A stretch of 64,000 bases of DNA from a bacterium (GTDB taxonomy: Bacteria; Actinomycetota; Coriobacteriia; Coriobacteriales; QAMH01), in contig CAVIIZ010000002.1 in the NCBI GenBank assembly GCA_963642995.1, positions 75,610 to 139,609 of the forward strand. The letters are read 5' to 3'. Position 1 is the first letter of the stretch. Every line of letters begins with the position of its first letter. Below the pieces are notes generated by a model. The model did not search any database, had not been told where the DNA came from, and was given only the letters and a program-made list of their open reading frames with translations. Positions 58,477-64,000 of the stretch are shown in pieces. The position numbers and the translations under genes were made by a program.

Positions 58477-60806
58477 GCTGCATCGACCTTGCAGGACTCA
58501 ACGACGCGCAGCGCCGCGCGGTGGAATGCGTGGACGGGCCTTTGCTCGTGTTGGCCGGCGCGGGTTCCGGCAAGACGCGCGTGCTCACCTACCGCATCGC
58601 GCATCTCGTGGGCGATTGCGGCGTGCAGCCGTGGCAGATACTGGCCGTCACCTTCACCAACAAGGCGGCCAAGGAGATGCGCGCGCGGCTGGCCGCCCTG
58701 GCAGGCCCCATGCGCGGGATGTGGGTGTGCACCTTCCACAGCATGTGCGTGCGCATCCTGCGCGAGCATGCCGACAAGATAGGCTACACGCGCGAGTTCA
58801 CCATATACGATGCCGACGACGCGAAGCGGCTGGTGAAAGACATCGTCGCCGAGCTGAACCTCGACGCCAAGCGCTTTCCTCCCCAACGTTTCTCCAACCG
58901 CATCTCGCAGGCGAAAAACGAGCTGAAGGGCGCGGGCGACTTCTCGGCTTCGGCGGGCAGGGGCTTCGAGGATTCCATGACGGCGCGCGTCTTCACCATG
59001 TACCAGGAGCGCCTCGTGCGCGCCAACGCCATGGACTTCGACGACCTGCTCTACAACACCTGGTTTCTGCTGGAGCGCTTCCCGGACGTCGCGCGCGCCT
59101 ACCAGGAGCGCTTCACCCACATACTCGTCGACGAGTACCAAGACACGAACCGCGCCCAATACGCCATCACCCAGCGCCTGGCCGCCGGGCACGGCAACCT
59201 CATGGTGGTAGGCGACGACGACCAGTCCATCTACTCGTGGCGCGGCGCCGACATACGCAACATCCTCGATTTCGAGCGCGACTGGCCGGACGCGACCACG
59301 GTGAAGCTCGAGGAGAACTACCGCTCGACGCAGACCATACTCGACGCGGCCAACGCCGTGATCGCGCACAACGCCAACCGCAAGGACAAGAAGCTGTTCA
59401 CGGGCGGCGGGCGAGGCGAGGCCATCGCGTGCTACTGCGCAAGCGACGAGCGCGACGAGGGGCGCTGGATCGCCGGCGAGATAGAGCGCCTGCACGACGA
59501 AGGCGCCTCCTACGACGACATGGCCGTCTTCTACCGCACGAACGCGCAAAGCCGCACTCTGGAGGACATGTTCTTGCGCGCCGGCGTGCCGTATCGGCTG
59601 GTGGGGGGCACGCGCTTTTTCGACCGCGCCGAGATACGCGACGTGATGGCGTACCTGAAATGCGCGGTCAACCCCGCCGACGACATCTCTGCCCTGCGCG
59701 TGATCAACACGCCGCGGCGCGGCATCGGCAAATCCACGGTCGAGCGCATCACGGCCACGGCCCGCGTCATGGGCGTCCCGTTTCTGCAGGCCGCCCGCGA
59801 GGAGGCCGCAGACCCGCAATGCCGTGCGGCGACGAGGCGGGGCATACAGTCCTTCCTCGACGTCGTGGACGGGGCGTCGCGTCTGCAAGGCCCGCTTTCC
59901 GATGTGGTGCAGACCATCGTGGAGCGCTCCGGGCTCGTCTCGGCGCTGGAGGCGCAGCGAAGCGACGAGGCGCAAGGGCGCATCGAGAACATCCGCGAGT
60001 TCTTCGGCGTGACAAGCGACTACGTGCGCGACGTCGAGCTGCGCGCCGAAGAGGAAGCGCCGGCGCAGGCCGCGCCCGAAGCGGGAGAGGGAGCCGGTGG
60101 CGCCGGCGAGCCGGGCTTGGTCGATTTCATGGAATGGCTCAGCTTGCGCACCGACCTCGACGCCCTCGACGACGCCGACGGGTCTGCCGTCACCTTCATG
60201 ACCATCCACTCCGCAAAGGGCCTGGAGTTTCCCGTGGTCTTCGCCGCCGGCATGGAAGAGGGCGTATTCCCCCACACCACGAGCCTGGTAGAAGACGGGG
60301 TGGAAGAGGAGCGCCGGCTTGCCTATGTCGCCATCACGCGCGCGCGCGAGCGCCTCTACCTCACCTACGCGCAATCGAGGCGCCTGTTCAACGCGACGCA
60401 GAACAACCCCCGCTCGCGCTTCGTCGACGAGATTCCGGGGGCGCTCGTCTGCTTCAAGGGCATAGGCAGCGCCGGCATGTCGGGCACCGGCTGGGACAAG
60501 CGCGGCGACCGTCGCGGCATCGCCGGCTCGGGGCGCGGCGAGGAGATGTACGGCGGGCGCGTGTTCGGGCGCATCGGGCATGCGGGCGCGTCGGGCGAAC
60601 GCGAAAGGCGCCGCGACGGCACGGACGCGCCGAAAGCCGCGGCGGCGGGCGAGACCTTTGCCGCAGGCGACAAGGTGGACCACAAGACGTTCGGCCCGGG
60701 CACCGTCATCGCCGCAGACGGCGACAAGCTCACCATCAGGTTCGCGAGGACGGGCAAGGTGAAAAAGCTCCTGCAGGGGTATGCGCCCATCGTGAAGGTG
60801 GGCTAG
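58473..60806 (+). CDS. pcrA: ATP-dependent DNA helicase PcrA/UvrD
   Basis: GTG start overlapping the chorismate mutase stop. LNDAQRRAVE, GAGSGKTRVL, VDEYQDTN, TIHSAKGLEF, YVAITRARERL. Confidence 0.95.
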   Translation: MSCIDLAGLNDAQRRAVECVDGPLLVLAGAGSGKTRVLTYRIAHLVGDCGVQPWQILAVTFTNKAAKEMRARLAALAGPMRGMWVCTFHSMCVRILREHADKIGYTREFTIYDADDAKRLVKDIVAELNLDAKRFPPQRFSNRISQAKNELKGAGDFSASAGRGFEDSMTARVFTMYQERLVRANAMDFDDLLYNTWFLLERFPDVARAYQERFTHILVDEYQDTNRAQYAITQRLAAGHGNLMVVGDDDQSIYSWRGADIRNILDFERDWPDATTVKLEENYRSTQTILDAANAVIAHNANRKDKKLFTGGGRGEAIACYCASDERDEGRWIAGEIERLHDEGASYDDMAVFYRTNAQSRTLEDMFLRAGVPYRLVGGTRFFDRAEIRDVMAYLKCAVNPADDISALRVINTPRRGIGKSTVERITATARVMGVPFLQAAREEAADPQCRAATRRGIQSFLDVVDGASRLQGPLSDVVQTIVERSGLVSALEAQRSDEAQGRIENIREFFGVTSDYVRDVELRAEEEAPAQAAPEAGEGAGGAGEPGLVDFMEWLSLRTDLDALDDADGSAVTFMTIHSAKGLEFPVVFAAGMEEGVFPHTTSLVEDGVEEERRLAYVAITRARERLYLTYAQSRRLFNATQNNPRSRFVDEIPGALVCFKGIGSAGMSGTGWDKRGDRRGIAGSGRGEEMYGGRVFGRIGHAGASGERERRRDGTDAPKAAAAGETFAAGDKVDHKTFGPGTVIAADGDKLTIRFARTGKVKKLLQGYAPIVKVG

Positions 60807-60874
60807 ATTTCGCCTGTCTCCGCATCTGCCCGCAGCGGCAGGCGACATCGCGGCGCATCCTGCGCACGGCGCGC

Positions 60875-60880
60875 TATACT
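60875..60880 (+). promoter_or_regulatory. Candidate -10 box (TATACT) upstream of ppaC
   Basis: TATACT 83 nt upstream of ATG 60963. Pattern only. Confidence 0.25.
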
Positions 60881-60962
60881 AGACGGCGCTTTGCTTGAAA
60901 ACGAGGGCGGAGAAGGCGTTCAGGTGCGCCACGCCCTTTTCACGGTGAAAGGAAATTTCGAC

Positions 60963-61892
60963 ATGGCACAGATTCACGTGGTCGGCCACAAGAACCCCGA
61001 CAACGACTCCATCATGGCGGCCTGGGCGATCGCGCGCCTGAAAAACGCGGTCGACCCCGACAACGAGTACGTGGCCTGCCGCCAAGGCGAGCTGCCCGCC
61101 GAATCGGCGCTGGTGTTCGAAGAGCAAGGCCTCGAGGCTCCTGCGCTGAAGACCTCCCTGGCAGCAGGCGAGAAGGTCTTTCTCGTGGATCACAACGAAA
61201 AGGGCCAGACCATCGACGGCCTCGACGGCGCCGAGCTCGTGGGCATCGTCGACCACCACCGCATCGCCGACATCTCGACGGCCTCGCCCATCTTCTTCGT
61301 CAACCTGCCCTGGGGCTCGACGGCCACCATCGCCGCCCATCTCTTCGAGGCCTACGGCATCGAGGTGGACAAGCCCTGCGCGGCCGCGCTCCTGTCCGCC
61401 ATCCTCACCGACACCGTCATCTTGAAAAGCCCGACGACCACCGACGTCGACCGCTCGACGGCCGAAAAGCTCGCGCAGGCCGCGGGCGTGGACGTCGTCG
61501 AATACGGCATGCGCCTGTTCAAGAGCCGTGGAGGCGACGAGGACGTCTGCGAGGCCGAGATATGCGGACGCGACGCCAAGGAGTTCAACTTCGGCGGCAG
61601 GAAGGTGTGGGTCGCGCAATACGAGACGACCGACATCGAGGGGCTGCGCGCGCGAGAGGACGCGATCGCCGCGCAGGTGGGCAAGGTCTGCGCAGACGGC
61701 GGCTTCGACGCGGCCCTGATGCTTCTCACCGACATCTTGCAAGAGGGCAGCGATTTTCTCGGCGCAGGCGACGTGTCCTTCATCGAGGAGGCCTTTTCCA
61801 TCGACCTGTCCGCCGGCGCCGTCTGGATGCCCGGCGTGATGAGCCGCAAGAAGCAGGTCGCCGCCGTGCTCATCGAGAAGGCGGGAAACTAG
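60963..61892 (+). CDS. ppaC: Manganese-dependent inorganic pyrophosphatase (family II, DHH/DHHA2)
   Basis: HVVGHKNPDNDSI, LVDHNE, VDHHRI, and C-terminal SRKKQ. Confidence 0.92.
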   Translation: MAQIHVVGHKNPDNDSIMAAWAIARLKNAVDPDNEYVACRQGELPAESALVFEEQGLEAPALKTSLAAGEKVFLVDHNEKGQTIDGLDGAELVGIVDHHRIADISTASPIFFVNLPWGSTATIAAHLFEAYGIEVDKPCAAALLSAILTDTVILKSPTTTDVDRSTAEKLAQAAGVDVVEYGMRLFKSRGGDEDVCEAEICGRDAKEFNFGGRKVWVAQYETTDIEGLRAREDAIAAQVGKVCADGGFDAALMLLTDILQEGSDFLGAGDVSFIEEAFSIDLSAGAVWMPGVMSRKKQVAAVLIEKAGN

Positions 61893-61895
61893 CGC

Positions 61896-63542
61896 ATGCC
61901 AAACAGCGCGGACAACCTCCTCTACGGCAACGCCGAGCGGCACGCGAACAGGCGCGAGGGCTGGCGCAAGTTCCTCTCCTCGGGCACCGTCGGCGCCGTC
62001 ATCATGGTGCTCGCGGCCGTCGCCGCCCTCGTCTTGGCCAACTCGCCTGCCTACGAGGCCTACGAGAACCTGCTCAAGTTCGACCTCGGCGTCACCTTCT
62101 CGGGCTTCGGATTCGAGTTCTACCTGGGCCTGCCGCTCGAGGAGTGGGTGAACAACGTGTTCATGACGCTTTTCTTCTTGTGCGTCGGCCTCGAGATCAA
62201 GTACGAGATGTTCGTAGGCGAGCTGCACGATGTGCGCAAGGCCGCCCTTCCCATCATCGCCGCCTGCGGCGGCGTGGCCATGCCCATCATCATCTACAGC
62301 TGCTTCAACTTCGGCACCGAGCACGCGCACGGCTTCGGCATCCCCATGGCCACCGACATCGCGTTCTCGCTGGCCGTGCTGTCGCTGGTGGGCCGCGGCA
62401 TCCCGAAGGGCATCACGGTTTTCCTGCAGACGCTTGCCATCGCCGACGACATCATGGCCATCGTCGTGATCGCCTTGTTCTACGGTGAAAGCCCCGATCT
62501 CGTGTATCTGGCCTGCGCCGCCGGCGTGGTCGTCATCCTCGTGCTGCTCAACCTCGCGCACGTCTACTCGCTTGCGCCCTACCTGCTGCTGGGCGTCGTG
62601 CTGTGGGCATGCGTGTTCCTCTCCGGCATAGAGGCCACCATCGCAGGCGTGGTGCTCGCCTTCACCATCCCGACGAAATCGCACATCAACCCCCGCGTCT
62701 TCGGAAAGTGGACCATCGCGAAGGTCTTGGAGGCGCGCGACCGCTACATCCCGGGCGAGCCGATCTTGGGCCAAGACGAGTTCGCGCGCACCACGCGCGT
62801 GATCAGCCGGGTCTCCCGCCGCGTCGAGGCGCCCCTCACGCGTCTGGATTCGGCGCTGTCGCCTTGGTCGAACTTCGTCATCTTGCCGGTATTCGCCTTC
62901 TTCAACGCCGGGGTGCACCTGGCAGGCGTCGACCCCGTCGCCGTCGTGTCCGACCGCGTCACGCTCGGCGTGTTCTTCGGGCTGCTCGTGGGCAAGCCCG
63001 TGGGCATCTTCCTGGCCAGCTTCATCTGCATCAAGACGCGTCTCACGCCCATGCCCTCCGGCTGCACCTTCAAGCACGTGCTGGGAGCCGGCATGCTCGG
63101 CGGCATCGGCTTCACCATGGCCATCTACGTGGCAAACCTCTCCTTCACCGGAGCCGACGTGGCCACGGTCACGGGGATGGCCAAGGCAGCCATCCTGTCG
63201 GCTTCGACGGCGTCCGGCGTGATCGGCGTCCTCTTCATGAAAGGCGTCATCGCAAGCGCCTCCCGCCGCGGCGCGGTCTTCGCAGACGAGCCGAGCGTCA
63301 GCCAAGAGGTGGCCGAAGACATCGAGGAGCTTGCCGACATCTCCGACGGCGAGACCCTAGACGACGAGGAGGGGCTGGTCTTGACGAACAGGCTGGGCGC
63401 GGTCTCCGACGAGGAGCTGATAAAGAGCTTCATGGAGGCGGCCGGCAAGGAGGCGAGCGTCTCGGAAGCAGCGGGCGGAAAAGCCGCCGGCGCGGCATCT
63501 GCCGGAAAAGACGGGCGCCGGGGCGCGGCGGGCAAGGTCTAG
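61896..63542 (+). CDS. nhaA: Na+/H+ antiporter NhaA with an acidic C-terminal extension
   Basis: NhaA motifs FFLCVGLEIKYE, GIPMATDIAF and FLQTLAIADD. About 130 extra C-terminal residues, rich in Asp/Glu then Ala/Gly/Lys. Confidence 0.9.
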   Translation: MPNSADNLLYGNAERHANRREGWRKFLSSGTVGAVIMVLAAVAALVLANSPAYEAYENLLKFDLGVTFSGFGFEFYLGLPLEEWVNNVFMTLFFLCVGLEIKYEMFVGELHDVRKAALPIIAACGGVAMPIIIYSCFNFGTEHAHGFGIPMATDIAFSLAVLSLVGRGIPKGITVFLQTLAIADDIMAIVVIALFYGESPDLVYLACAAGVVVILVLLNLAHVYSLAPYLLLGVVLWACVFLSGIEATIAGVVLAFTIPTKSHINPRVFGKWTIAKVLEARDRYIPGEPILGQDEFARTTRVISRVSRRVEAPLTRLDSALSPWSNFVILPVFAFFNAGVHLAGVDPVAVVSDRVTLGVFFGLLVGKPVGIFLASFICIKTRLTPMPSGCTFKHVLGAGMLGGIGFTMAIYVANLSFTGADVATVTGMAKAAILSASTASGVIGVLFMKGVIASASRRGAVFADEPSVSQEVAEDIEELADISDGETLDDEEGLVLTNRLGAVSDEELIKSFMEAAGKEASVSEAAGGKAAGAASAGKDGRRGAAGKV

Positions 63543-64000
63543 ATGGAGTCCACGCTCGTTTACCAGAACCACGGCGTCGAAGGCGTCCTCATCGCCGCGG
63601 CCGTCATCGTGGCGGCGACGCTTGCCATAGCCGAGCTGCTCGCGCGCCTGACCGGCCGCGCCATCACGCGCGCCTCGAACGGCGCGGTGGGCGGCACCAT
63701 CTTCTCCAACATCATCCGCGCCTGCATCTGGGTGACGGGGCTGTGCCTGCTCTTGCGCATCTGCTTTTCCATCGACGCCTCCGTCTTGTGGGGCGCGCTC
63801 GGCATCGGCGGCATCGCGGTGTCGCTGGGCCTGCAAAACACCGTGTCGAATCTGATCGGCGGGCTGCAGGTCTCGCTCTCGCGCGACGTCTGCATAGGGG
63901 ACTGGGTGCAGGTGGGCTCCGTGGAAGGCGAGGTGAAGGACATCACCTGGCGCTACATGCGCGTCACCGATGAAAACGGCTGCGACTCCTTCGTGCCCAA
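63543..64000 (+). CDS. Mechanosensitive ion channel (MscS family), 5' partial at the window edge
   Basis: Read by hand; absent from the track because there is no stop in the window. ATG 63543 abuts the nhaA stop. TM helices, then GIGGIAVSLGLQNTVSNLIGGLQVSLSRDVCIGDWVQV, typical of the MscS pore and beta domain. Confidence 0.8.
   Translation, partial: MESTLVYQNHGVEGVLIAAAVIVAATLAIAELLARLTGRAITRASNGAVGGTIFSNIIRACIWVTGLCLLLRICFSIDASVLWGALGIGGIAVSLGLQNTVSNLIGGLQVSLSRDVCIGDWVQVGSVEGEVKDITWRYMRVTDENGCDSFVP

Overview
This is a high-GC bacterial chromosome segment. Hand-counted 60-nt lines give about 68% GC in core genes, against 47-50% at 29.9-30.3 kb and 38% at 33.0 kb. The gene content includes an Ech hydrogenase, formate-THF ligase, a family II pyrophosphatase, an actinobacterial-type ISL3 transposase and a chorismate mutase-PcrA pair. 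That combination suggests an anaerobic actinobacterium, plausibly Coriobacteriia/Eggerthellaceae, but this is inference only.

Layout:
- 0-11 kb: housekeeping genes dnaJ, rpmF (59 codons, missing from the ORF track), plsX, rnc, smc, ftsY and ffh, followed by an orphan hypE.
- 11-21.8 kb: a zinc-ribbon surface protein, aconitase, a pLGIC-like channel, an EamA transporter, queD, a 947-aa papain-like surface protein, cysE and cspA.
- 21.9-29.6 kb: three ABC systems (NMT1/THI5-type importer; FtsX permease + ATPase + DUF4418; ABC-2 exporter).
- 29.7-36.8 kb: a mosaic, lower-GC accessory stretch. It holds an orphan 429-aa protein, DUF1847, a His-tailed MarR, a ParE/Phd toxin-antitoxin pair, an orphan vsr, DAHP synthase, tRNA-Pro(GGG) and an internally deleted ISL3 element with intact inverted repeats.
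- 36.8-45.6 kb: murB, thiD, an M18 aminopeptidase, a TQVL-repeat membrane protein, and ribD-ribE-ribBA-ribH-HAD with a candidate FMN riboswitch.
- 45.7-64 kb: one 18-kb co-directional block of echABCDEF (group 4 [NiFe]-hydrogenase), a CDP-alcohol phosphatidyltransferase, a metF-metV fusion, fhs, fchA, folD, PAP2, chorismate mutase, pcrA, ppaC, nhaA and a partial mscS.

The best candidate for something new is the direct physical coupling of the Ech hydrogenase to the methyl-branch C1-THF genes, including the fused MetF-MetV. The second is the orphan, metal-associated genes of the accessory stretch. Many long ORFs in the track are off-frame artefacts of GC-rich DNA. No CRISPR array, rRNA, integrase or intact transposase was seen.
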